From Selaginella moellendorffii (Eukaryota; Plantae; Lycopodiophyta), in contig NW_003314310.1 in NCBI RefSeq assembly GCF_000143415.4, positions 1,296,611 through 1,360,610 on the forward strand: DNA of 64,000 nucleotides. The letters are read 5' to 3'. Of this stretch, positions 12,189-24,472 are shown one piece after another. Made by a program: the position numbers and the translations under genes. The stretch's first letter is position 1; the number at the start of each line of letters is the position of its first letter. Below the pieces are notes generated by a model. That model had not been told where the DNA came from. It made no database searches and was given only the letters and a program-made list of their open reading frames with translations.

Positions 12189-13458
12189 CTATATCGTTCG
12201 AGCTGACCTGGGGCTGCTGCTTTTGGGAGACCCAGGAGACGATACGCTCCCACCATTAGCTCTGATCTTTTGTTCCACTTTAATAAGCTCCGCTTCCAGG
12301 CACACGCGCGTGGCTTCCAGGTTCTTCCTATCGTGTCTCTCCTTGTGCAGGCAATCCTTCATCAGCGCAATCTGGTCTTGTAAATCCTTGCACCGCTTGG
12401 CATTTCTTCTGGCGTTGAGACTCGTCTCGGTTACCCTCTGCCTATAAGTCACGACGTCACGGTTGGCCCTCTCCAGGGCCCGGCTTACAACCTGAAAAAC
12501 AGCAAGCGGTTCTTTTTGAGCCAAGAAAAGGGAAGCACTCACGTCCATGCAATTCTCTAGATGGTGATTAACTAGTTCTAGGTCTCCTGCTCTGTCTCTG
12601 ATTCGACACAGTTCCTTGTTCTCGCAGCAGAGCTGACTGTTCAAAGACTTGAGCCGCTTGACATCCTTTTGCAGCTTGGCTATCTCCTCCACGAAAACAT
12701 CCCGCTCCATTTCTATTTCCTGCGGGGAATCAGTATCATATACGTCTGTGGAGCAAAAGCAGTTGGATTAATACTTCTGCTGCTTACAATTAGCTTACTC
12801 TTGCGTGTGATATCCGAACGTCCCTCCGTAAGTGAGTTATCTCTTCGTGCTGGCCATCACAGATGTTCTGAAGCTCCTCGTACCTTATCTTCATTCCTAA
12901 TCATAGGACATTTAGGATTTCTTACGGTGTAAAACACCAAGCATACCTTGGAGTTTTGCTCTAACTCTAGTTGCTCCACTTGTCTTGTACGAGGGCATGT
13001 TCGTTTGCATCTCCATGTCTTTAATATCGTTCTCCAGCTTCCTGCTTTCTATTTCTTGTAAGCATGAAATGCTCGGAGCTAAACAATCACCTGTTCTCAA
13101 TCTTGACTGTCGATGCATGAACCTTGTCCCGCTTTAGATAAAACGCTTGATCGATGAGCATCCGTTTCAGACGTAGGGCTTCTTCCAGCAGTGACTCTTT
13201 GTCCCTACTCGCCAGCATCAATTTTTGGGTGAACGATGGGCTTCCTCCCCTAACTTTCGCACTTACCAAGCCCTCCGTCACTTCCACAACCCCTTCCGTA
13301 GGGTGCGGAGGAGTCGGAGGCACCCAAGCGCCTCCTCCACGCCGTGGATTTGGAGGATCCCATACAAATGGATCAAACGTGTTGGAAATGGGTGTCCCCT
13401 TGGAGCGCTTGCTGCTACACAGAGTCCGAGGTCTATAAACACTCTCCATGTCTTCCAT
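12189..13458 (-). CDS. Unknown coiled-coil protein, multi-exon
   Basis: Consecutive minus-strand ORFs (13087-13458, ~12950-13040, 12189-12710) rich in E/K/L heptads and separated by short intron-like gaps. No family recognised; ends uncertain. Confidence 0.55.
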
Positions 13459-15415
13459 TTTCCTCAGAGCTTATAATTTAAAGCTGAGGTAGCTGACATC
13501 TCCAATGTTTACTATCTATTCTGCTCCTTGACCTAGCAAGGCTATGCATAACTTCCAACAGCAGAATATTCATTTAGTGCAGTGTAAGCCCATTGGTTAC
13601 TTGGGATTGACCGTTTCATTACGGAAGAACCAGTTTTGGGCTAGACTAAGCTCTAGACAAGGAGGATCCGGCATAGCGCAGCAAATACGTGAAAGAAAAA
13701 CAGGGCAGATCAAGATTCAAAAATGAAATAAAAATAACTTTGGTTAGGCACAAACCAAGTTTTAAATGTACCGGCACCGGCCTTCTCTCAATATGGAAAC
13801 GCCGGACGTCCCCCAACGGCAAATCGCTGCCCAGCCTACCGAGATCCATGGGAGCAAGACAAACTAAAGTCTACAGGCGACAGGGCACGCAGTTCGGAAA
13901 TCCGCCGGCAACACAACGCATGGCTTCTCACCCTGGAGAAAGCCCGATGTGCGACGAACGAAAATGGAAGGGAAAGAGTGTTCAACTTATTGTTCTATCT
14001 TTTTGAGGAAGTGGTATTTGGGGCTTATTTGTCGCTAAAACGATAGACTCCCAAATTGGAAGAAAAGTTTGTTCAAGGCGTCTGTGGAATCCCTCATAGA
14101 ATGGACGAGTGACGTAATATCTACTCCAGAGTCTTCTCCGCATATAACAAAACGTCTCCTGATAGAGCTGATAGACTGGCACCAGTTTCTGTGGTATTCA
14201 AAGGTTATATTTTAGATTATCGGACCTGTATTTCTGTTTATGTAGATTTTGGCTCGTGTTTATTTAATATATTAGCTGCAAAATATTGAGTTAAGATGGA
14301 TTCCCATATGATCTCTTACAAAAGCCTGACCCTGTTTCCACCACGACATCCAGGGCATAGTGACTGCGAGCATCGGACATGTTGAAACACCACTCTTTTG
14401 GAATTTGGATCAAGCATTCCAAACTTCCGAGGAGAGAAGCTTCTTATCTCATGCTTCAACCATGTCGTGAACTACAAGTGTACTTCAAATAAGATATGAT
14501 TATTGGGATGGTTACAAAGTTGGGTGAAACGTCCCAGGAAATATACACAGATTCTGGATGCACTCACGGCCATGACAATCTTTTGGGATTGGGTATGAGC
14601 AACAATTTGCCAAAAGAAAGAAGGTGTTGTCTTCTTTAACATGGAGGTGTATAATAATTACAGCTATTCTGGGGGTCAACAAGACCAATAACGGTTTGAC
14701 CTCTTGACCTAGTGGAATCCCCAAGATCAGTTTTCTTGGGGTCAACAAGACCAGTAATTATGGAACAGAGGCTTCCTTTTCCTACTCTATGTAGCCATCC
14801 AACAATAGTGATAGGGAGAAACAAATCAGAAAGGTGAAGGAATAAAAAATGTGGAAGCCACTTACCTATACTGCTGGAAAACGCATGAGAGATTCTTTAT
14901 ATACAAGAAAATCATTTAAGAGTTCAATCATACCTTTGTGAGGATTGGAAGTTGTGTCTGCTGGAAATCCTTACAGCTGTTATCCTGATTCATGACTTGA
15001 ATATCACCAAGGACCTGGCACACCACAGTGCGTTCCACAGCAGCATGAGTATTAGCTTTATGCATTGAGCAACCATTACAGTGAAACTAGAGGTGGCCAT
15101 TTGAACATAACAAGGTTTCCCATCTTCCTTACTTTTTTCTTTTAATCTTTTCAGCTGGACCTTTGTAAGTAATATCATTGAAACCTTGTTTCCTATGAGA
15201 ATTAAATCTATCAGGAAAACTGGCAATGAAGATATTGGGGGGTTCCAAATGTATAGTAGGGATAATAGGTATATCAAACATGGCTGATCAACCTAAGGCA
15301 TAATTTAGCTAAACTTACATAGTTGTCCTTGTTCTGCATTCAACTTAAGTCTAAGCTTAAGTTCCATACCATGCTAGTTAGTGAAGTACCTAAATTTTCG
15401 TGTTAAATTAATGAT

Positions 15416-15765
15416 TGTAAGCTCCTGAATTTAAACTTCTTAGAAGGTAACCCAACTGAGTATTATTCAAACCCAATTATTCAAACCTAACTACCCAAGT
15501 ATCCCAAAACCTTTAACTGATTGAAAAGGGGATGTACTTTTATTCATGGGCTTTTTCCCTGTATATTTAAACCTTTATAAATTATCTCTCGAGTCATTCT
15601 CTTTGGTTGTTTATAATTCATTATGCTTCCATGCAAGTTCATGCCCTTGTGAATATAAGCTGAGAGTTACAAGAGCCCTACACCCTACCCCTCTAGTCAA
15701 GCCCAACCAAAGGTAAACTAAACTTCCAAAATGTCAATTTTAACAAATGGTGTGATTCCTCTAAA
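15416..15765 (-). mobile_element. Cassandra-like TRIM (family B), 3' LTR plus partial internal region
   Basis: LTR 15416-15615 homologous to 17553-17745; adjacent sequence matches the internal domain at 39153-39357. Confidence 0.7.
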
Positions 15766-17552
15766 GTTATTCTTTTAGTAGCACTTTATTTAACTCTATT
15801 TTACATGTTAGTTTTGGTGTTGGGATGCTAAATGCTCTAAGTGTTCATGTCTTTTCATTCCTTGGGATATACACTCAAGAGTCATTCCATGCTCCAATTC
15901 CTTTGCTCCTTGTCTCTAGTTTGGGAGTTTGGCTCTGTCCCTCTGTTTAGTGGCCACCAAAACCCTTAAGTTATCATATTGCACTCCATAATTATCTTAT
16001 AATAAATCTATATAGGGTAAAGGGTGAAAACCACACCCGCTAGATCTATTAGTGAAGCATACCTACAAAATGTAGAGATTGTCCTAAACATGGTTTTGTT
16101 CCCACATCCAAATTTGTAATCTAGCACCATTTCTTAGTTAGGAAGTTTTATGATTATCCCATAAACTAACTCCTGAGACTACGGTGTCCTAGAGACTAAC
16201 TCTTAAGACTAAGGTGAAAGCCCAAAGTGTGTAGTCCTATACAGGTGTGAGGTTCCAAATGTATAGTAGGGATAGTAGATGAAGCATGGCCAACTAATCT
16301 AAGGCATAGTTTAGCTCCCTGCTTGTGTGCCTATCCTTGTTCTATGTCCAGATTGGGTCTAAACCAAGCTCTATACCATGTTAATTAGCGAAGTACTCAT
16401 ATCCTCTCGTTAAACCATTGGTATATTAAAATAGTGCTAAAATTTGTTTAAATTTTTTTTGTGTGTTAGTCTTGGCATTGGGATGCTGAATGCTTTAGGA
16501 CTATTCTAATTTTGCTCCATACTCATGTCCCTTCACTCCTTGGGTTATACACTCAAGAGTTGTTTTATGCTCCAATTCCTTCCCTTTTTGGTTGTAACTT
16601 GGGAGTTTAGCTTTGTGCCTTCATTCAATGGCCCAAAGCCCCAGAACTTAGGTTCTACTCTATTATTCTTAGCCCACATGTTCAATTGTTACATTGCACT
16701 CCATGGTTATTCTATAGTAAATCACAATAAGATAAAGGGTGAAAATCACGTACTATATTTAGTATCAAAAGATTATCCAATGAGATTGAGAAACTAGTCA
16801 TATTACATATGCAGAAATGAAAATAATGATCTGAATAGGTACACATTTGATTGTTATAGCTTCGCATGCATCCCTTGGGTATGGATTTTAGTTACCTTTT
16901 CATATTATATTGTATGAGCTTTCACTTAGGCTCACAAAATGGATTTAAGATATACTATTTTCACAAGTTTGTGCTTGGCTTGTGATTGAGGCACATTGGT
17001 AACTTAAAGTTACACTTTGAGTAGGCATCTAAAGATATATAGACATCTGAAGATATGTTCTTCATGATCAAAATTTAGGTATTCATTAGCATTTGCAAAT
17101 GTTGATATTAGATATAAAAAATATAGGCATAATGTTGCATACTTAAGCATATTGTTAGGTCATAAAAATTTGTATTGGGATGAACTTATATGAAGTTTTA
17201 AGTAGGAGGAAGTTGGTTGAGTCTTAAAAATTTGTAATTTTAAACTAAGAGTCATTCTTTCTCTAGGATGAAAAATTTTCCATAAATTTTCTTAAGCTTT
17301 TTCAATGGCTCTTTTGCTAATCATTTTGCTTGGAAACCATTTTGTTTTCAAAAGCTATTACAAACTAGTGAAGGGGATAGAGTTGACTTTGGTTAGTTTA
17401 GACTTTAGTACATAATTTGTATAATGTGGCCTAAAAAAGAATATTAACTTTTAGGGCTAAGGCAATTAGATTGAATAGAGTCTAGATTTAACATAGAAAA
17501 GTAGCTATGGTGCTTTTTTAGAAAGGTGACCATTATACCTTTCTATTATAAT

Positions 17553-17745
17553 TGTAAGCTCCTGAATTTAGACTTCCCGAGAGGTCACTCAGCCGAGTAT
17601 TATTCAAACGCAAAGACGTTTGACTCCAAATATCCCAAGATCTTAACCGATTGGAAAGGGGGTGCACTCTTATTTATGAGCCTTTTCCCTCTATATTTGA
17701 ACCCTCATGGATCATCTCTCGAGTCGTTCTTTTTTGTTGTTTACA
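17553..17745 (-). mobile_element. Solo LTR (193 bp) of Cassandra-like TRIM containing a 5S rRNA-derived segment
   Basis: TG...CA ends, perfect ATAAT TSD. Minus strand AGTCAAACGTCTTTGCGTTTGAATAATACTCGGCTGAGTGACCTCTCGGGAAGTC aligns without gaps to the plant 5S A-box/IE/C-box region (40/55 by eye against recalled 5S). Confidence 0.8.
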
Positions 17746-18244
17746 ATAATGATATAGTTGGTGGCAAGTTGCATTTTGTATTTCGTTAAACTCTATGAGA
17801 GTAGTGAGCTCTCATTGATATTGAATTAGTTTTTTTTAGCCTTATGCCTTGGCTAAGGATGGTGATATCGAATTTAGTTTTTGCTATTGAGATATTAGTC
17901 TTGTCTATTAGGAGGTTGTGTACTTATATAAGTCTATCTCATAATCTTCACTTTAGTTTCAGCTAAATGTTGATCATGCTTAGTTAGCCTCTTTGGTTAT
18001 ATTTAGAGGTATTGGCTATACATATAAATAGGGCTTATTTCTATATATTTGAATTTAAGTAGTCATTTTATCCATATACTTGTCTGTGATATTTTATGTT
18101 GTACCTTGGGTGTTAACTTTCCGTAGGACAAGTATATGGTGTAAGCAACTAAATTTTCCATTCTACTTTAGTCACTTAATCATGCCCTTTACCACTTGAA
18201 GGAGTCCTACTCATAGCCTCTGTAGATCCTCATTTTAACTTGAA

Positions 18245-18599
18245 TATAAGCAACCAAAGAAAATAATTTGAGAGATGATTTATAAAGGTTCGAATATAGA
18301 AGGAAAGAGCTTATAAATAAGAGTGCACTCCCCTTTTCAATTGATTAAAGGTTTTGGGATACTTGGGGTTAAATGTCCTTGGATTTGAGTAATACTAAGT
18401 TGGGTAACCTCTTAAGAAGTTTAAATTTAAGAGCTTATATTTGGTATTAAAGGGGTCTTAAATCTGACTCTTTTTGTTAGCTAAAGGAATCATACCACAT
18501 GTTGATCGACATTTGGTAGATCTAATTTTCTCTAATTGGGCTTAACCCAAGGGGTAGGGTATCAAGAGAGCGGGATAAATCCAAATTCAGAAGCTTACA
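18245..18599 (+). mobile_element. Cassandra-like TRIM, internally deleted
   Basis: 5' LTR 18245-18439 with 5S-like segment, decayed Met PBS TTTGGTATTAAAG, short internal region, 3' LTR tip ending GCTTACA; TSD TTGAA/TTGAG. Confidence 0.75.
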
Positions 18600-19999
18600 T
18601 TGAGGTAGTTGCTAGCCCCCCGATGTGTGTTCTCACAACCACATTGAGCTTGCACTTGGTTTAAATGCTCTACGTGTCTAATCCCATACCAATTTTGCAC
18701 TCAATTCAAATGCTCCACATGTTTGGTCCCACTTTAGACATCTAAAGTTATCATCAGTGAAAACTAGAAGAATTCTAGTGTAGTTAAGCTTGTGATTGTG
18801 ACTAGCTGCACAGGTTTGCTACTATGGTTGTAGAACAATAGAGGGCTTTCGATGTCATTGGTTTTGCATTGGCACATTAATTCTTGCCTTGGAACAAGCT
18901 ACCAAACACATTAGTTAATTAGAAATTAATATGAGACCTTCAATCCCCAAGAAAGCTCATGCAAGTGGTCGTGAGTAAGGATAAGCTTGACACCACTAGA
19001 ATATTTTGAGTCTTAAGCAAATGGATGTGCATTGGTGATAAACTAAAATACAATAGAGATAGGGATAAGGGTCGAGTGCTAACTCTTCCCCTTAACTACT
19101 CCTAAATGGTGGCAATCACCATTTCTTCTTGAGTCCTAATTGTCAAGATCATAACCTTGAGTGTCAAGGTCATAATCTTGACTGTCAAGAAAATGCTTGA
19201 ATGCATGGTTAATCTGCTGTACTTCACTCTCCCATGACTAAACGGAGTTTCATCTCAAGGTTCCTATTGCTCCATTGCGTTGGTTGGCTTTGTTGGTGCT
19301 GAATTTCCTGCAAGTTCAACCTTGAATTTTTTGAGTTGCTAATGGAACTCTTCATCATCGCCATTCTCCTTGTTGTGCTCACTTTCATTGTCATCTTCCA
19401 TTACTGTGGGCTGCTTTGCCTTCAGAATGTGAATATCACTGTGAAGCTCCGCATTTTCTTTAGCGAGCTGGTTGTTGATGTGTTGTGTCTTCGCATATAC
19501 TATCCCCTAAAGGATGTATCTAGGGTTAGATTTTGCCCTTTGCCATGGAGTGTTGAGTTTGAGTCCTTGTAGTAACTTTCTTAAGTTTTCTCTTTGTTGG
19601 TGTGGTAGTGTTGGAGAAGCTTGCTTCATGTTGTTCTTTGGGATGTCTGTTGATGAGTCTTGAAAGATTCATTGATCTCTAAGTTTTGTTTTTGGTCAAA
19701 GTTCTTTAAGTTGTTTTTCTTCATGTTGCTTTCTTGAGCTTGATTCTTTAAAGTCTTTCTTATTTTGGATTTTTGAACTTGGAGCTTTGTGTTTCTTGAC
19801 TATGTTGAGTTCTTGAGCTTGAATTTTATAAACCTTGAATGTGTTGAATTCTTAATGTTGAGTCTTCATAGTCTTGATCTCTTGATCTTCATACTTGTAG
19901 TTCTTCTTGATGTTTCGTTCTTGATCTTTAAAGTTGAAATCTTCATTTTTTTCAAAGTCACTGTTGATGATGTTTGAGTCGTACAATTGGTATTTCTTG

Positions 20000-21215
20000 A
20001 GCTTGTTGAGGTTGATAGTTTGGAGATGGTCGCCATCAATGCTGCCATTTCTGGAGCTTTGAATTCTTGGATGAGGAATGGTCCTTCCCATCTCGACTTC
20101 ATTTTGGAGCCGATTTTCTCGATGTTTCCTTGAAACTAGAGTACTTGATCATTGATCTTGAATTCTTCATTTTTCTTTAGCCTTCTCTTTCTATCGTGGT
20201 TTGCTTATCTTCAAACTTGAATGGCTTCAAGTGTCCAAATTACTTATAGTCTTTCTTTATCAAGTGTTTTTAGCATTGTTAGTCTTCTCTTGATTGATTG
20301 GTTGATTTCATATTGTATTGTCATTCACAATAAAGGAATAATGTACTTGAGTGGTTTCAGGGCTTTTAAACAATAGACGAGCGTGAATGATGTTAAATTT
20401 GTTGAAACCTTGTATGCAGTTCGATATGCCCATAGAGCATCGTGGATACAATTGTCCCAATCTTTTTGATTTGTATTTATGATTTTCTTGAGGATGTTCT
20501 TGACTGTCTTGTTTGAAGACTCTACTTAACCATTCCCTTGAGGGTAGTATGGTGTTGAAGCCTTGTGCTTGATCATCAATTCTTGCATTAGAATCTTGAT
20601 GGTTTCATTGATGAAGTGTGTTCCTTGATCTATGATGAGTTCTCAAAATAGGTTATATTTTATAATGATATTTTTGTAGATGAACTTTGCTGTATTCTTT
20701 GCTATTGCAATCTTCATTGGTTAAGCTTCGGCCCATTTTGTCATATAGTCAGTCATTATAAGGATGTATTTATTTTGCTTGGAACTTGTTATGAGTGGTC
20801 CAACGAAGTTGAGTCCCCATCGTTGAAATGGTTCTAGTGGTGTTGTTGGATGAAGCTCTTAAGTTTGTTTTTTCGGTATGTACTTGGTTTGTTGACAAAT
20901 GTTGCATTCTTGATAAAATTTTGTTGAGTTGTGCCAAAGTGTTGGCCAGCAGAGTCCTACTTACAAAATTTTGTGAGCTGTAATTTCTTTTGTGAAGTGG
21001 CCTTTTGCTTGTGCACAGTGGGCTTCTTAAAGTAGATCTTGAATTTCTTCAGATTGTACACATTTTCATAGTAAGTTGTTTCATCATTTCTTGTACAGTC
21101 TTCCTTCTATAATTGAATATGATCTTGTCCTCAAGATAAATTGTTGATGGTGATTAGAGGTTGAGTATCGACTTGGTATTGTTGCTATTGTAAGGTAGTA
21201 GTAGATGTCGTGCAT
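20000..21215 (-). pseudogene. Decayed integrase of family D
   Basis: Remnants HCAQAKGHF, WPTL..ECNICQQ, PLEPFQRWGLNFVGP, TPYYPQGNG.VESSNK, ALWAYRTAYK, KSRWEGPF, with many stops. Confidence 0.75.
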
Positions 21216-23990
21216 TGTAGCGCACCTGAATTTAGAGTTGAACTCCAATCCCATTGTGTTACAGAAGAAGGGTCTAGTACAATCCCATAAGCACTAGCTC
21301 TTTATATCCAACATTAGCTCTTCATATCCAATAGCTGTATGCAAAATAGTGTTAGACAATGTCTGGCACAATTTTGGCATATCGGTGGCCTAACGCAAGG
21401 AGGAGGGTACTCCACTGACTAGAGCAGCATGGAGTTTGGGATTAGACCAAGCTATATGCAGAACAAGGAGCAACATAGCCCAGTAGGAGATAAACTAATA
21501 TCTTAGGGGGTTGGACATGCATTCCAACCAATATCTCTACTATACATTTGGAACCCTCTATATCCCCCCCTCTAAGGAACACATGCTTTGGGTTTTCACC
21601 CTAAGCCTCCCTTAGTACTAGGAGTTAGTCTCTAGAACAAGCATGAAACTTACTAAATATAGAATGCACTAAATTGCGAATCTAGAAGCAGGAACAACAC
21701 CATAAGGTTTAGGACACTCTTTACATTCCATAGATATACCTCTTAGGTGAATTTAGATACTTATCATAAATAGCATATGGATCTAGAACATAACCAACAC
21801 ATAAGGCATGATAGCAAGGGTGTTTGGGAAATACAATAAGCTATCATTTAGCAAATATTGAGGAATTAATCTCAATATTATAGGGGTTCCCAACATTAGC
21901 AAATGCAAGCCAACAACATGAGTTTCTCATCACCGTGTTAATTATGCTTGACTTAATGATAACTTAGGATTTCCTTCCTTAGTGCCTTTCCAGTTTAAGT
22001 GCACCATGTGCTAACCAGTTTCTCAACTAGCTTAAGTGGAGACCATAAAGGAAACCAATAGTATTGACCTCCTACCGTCATAGCAATAAGGAGAGAGTGT
22101 CTATAAGGATTAGCTAACAAGTATCTTTGGATATCCAAAGTCACATTTGCAACACTCTTCCGCCCTTAAGAAAGATCGATGTCCTTATCAATGCATATTC
22201 GAGTCTAGCAAATTGTTAAGGAAACAACTCCAAAAGTTAATGAAAAGTACATTATATGGGAAATACACAGACTTAAAATGAGTTATAGAACAATATCTCC
22301 TCTACGTCCAAAGACGTTAAGATTCAAACACCCTCTGGCCGTCACCAACAAGGAAATGACTAATGGAGTTAGCCACTCTTACTGCTCCAAGTACCATTCG
22401 GCTTATAAAGGAATGATACATCCATGCCTGCAAGGATATAAGGAGAGAGCTAAAGGCTCAAGTTCCCCTAAGCAAGAAATCAACCCCATTGGGAAGATTT
22501 AGACAACTATTATAAATTGGTAGATGAAGTTGTTTACACGACCACACCCCTTTTTAAAAATGAGTTAACAAGAGAGAGGCAGGGACTTATGATCAGTCTA
22601 TAATAGTTATCTTCATGGTTATAGATTGGACCATGCACCAAAGTGCTAAAGTCAACCTGCCAAAACTAATCCAAAAACTAATGAATGAGAGAAACGAAAC
22701 TTTTGATTTTATATAGAAATGTATTACTTTATTGATTTGCAAGATTTATTACAAGATTTACAAAAGTTATTCTTTATTAAGATTCTTGTACTCCATGACA
22801 AGTTTACGAGCATGCATAAGATTCCTATGAGGCTCTCAAGTTGATTCACAAGATGGATAACCTTTCCACTTAACTAAATTTTCTTTGGTTCAACCACCAC
22901 GTGTCTTACAAGACAAAAGAATAGCCTCAACCTCATACTTAGGTTCACTATCAATAACATCTAGAGCTGGATAGACATCCTTAGAGCAACTAGGATCCTC
23001 ATAATATAGGGCCAGTAAATTAACATGAAACACATCATGAAGTCTGGATATCTCTTGTGGAATATCTAATTGATATGATACGTCACCAAGTTATTTCAAC
23101 ATCTGATAGGGTCCAACATATCTTGGTAATAGCTTCTGAGACAAAGATCCCTTAATGTTCAAGTTCCGGGAAGATAACCACACCTGATCTCCCACTTGAT
23201 AGGATACATCTTGACAATGCTGATATTTATCACATCAATACCTATCCTGAGCTCTACCCATCACCTCAGTAGCTTTAGACCAACTTTGGCATAGCTGTTC
23301 CAAATAAGTCTTAACGGCCAAGACCAACACTTTGGACATTGGTGTCGGAACAACAATTTGTTGAGGCACCCCACGAGCATTCTCTTGCAACATTTCCCAT
23401 GGAGAACAGCCAATAGTGCTATGAAATGTGTTGTTATAAAGATTTCTGCTGTATCCAAATGCTCAACCCAATCACGTTGGTTTGCTTTGACATAGTATTG
23501 CAGATAATCCTCAACTTGAGCATTCACACATTCGGTTTGAGGATGATAATCTGTACTAAATTTCAACTTGGTATCAAACAACTAGAATAGTGTGCCCCAA
23601 AACTTCCTTGTAAATCTCAAATCTCTATTTGAGATCATCTCTTTGGGAAGACCATGAACTCATACCACTTCATGGAAAAAGAGCTTTGCTACTTGCTTCG
23701 CATTAACTATTTTCACAGTTGAAATGAAGTGTACAATCTACGAGACCTGATCCACAACCGTTTGTGAGACACAAATCCCTAAGCCCCAAAGTGGAGTAAA
23801 AAGAGTGCCACATGGTAGTGGTCAAAGTGGAAGTTTAACAAGCGTAACATGTTTGGACCAAAGGCTCTAACTTAGAAAGTTGAGAGTGGGAGTGGAACTT
23901 TGAATGAAATGCTCAAGGGATGAGTACAAAGTAATTGTTGAATGAGTTTCTAAAAAGGGACACAAGAAGGACTGACACATGGAAAATGTT

Positions 23991-24438
23991 TGTGAGACAC
24001 AAAATCCCTAGGCCCCAAAGTGGAGCTGAAAAGGTGCCATGTGGTAGTGGCCAAAGTGAAAGCCAAACGAGCGTAACACGTTTGGACTAAAAGCTCCGAC
24101 TTGAAAAGTTGAGAGTGGGAGTGAAACTCCCAACAAAGTGCTCGAGGAACAAGCATGAAGCGAGCAATAGAGTGAGTCTCTAGAAAAGGGACACAGGAGG
24201 ACCAATACATGACACATGAAAGAGTCCGAGATGGAATCCAAGATGGAGTCCGAGATGGACCCGAGATGGACCGAGATGAACTCGAGATGGAGTCCGAGAT
24301 GGACCTGAGATGGAGTCCAAGATGGGCCCGAGATAGAGTTTGAGATGGACCCGAGGAGTCTGAGATGGAGTCTGAGATGGACCCAAGATGGAGTCTGAGA
24401 TGAAGTCCGAGTTGGAACTGAGACCAAGACCGAGACCA

Positions 24439-24472
<34 letters not shown>

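Larger units (their letters stand above)
15237..18139 (+). mobile_element. Degraded family-A LTR element: partial LTRs, decayed PBS, internal fragments
   Basis: LTR segments similar to 39440-40281 ending ...GTACTATA at 16757; PBS-like TTTAGTATCAAAA at 16758; internal parts match the reverse complement of stretches within 43930-46370. Confidence 0.7.

Noticed and set aside
13500-15230. Possible decayed gene or DNA-transposon fragment; short direct repeat GGGGTCAACAAGACCA near 14670 and 14738
   Set aside because: Only short interrupted frames with no recognisable motif; no call can be supported.
17570-17630. Functional 5S rRNA gene
   Set aside because: Only the internal promoter segment is present, diverged and embedded in an LTR.
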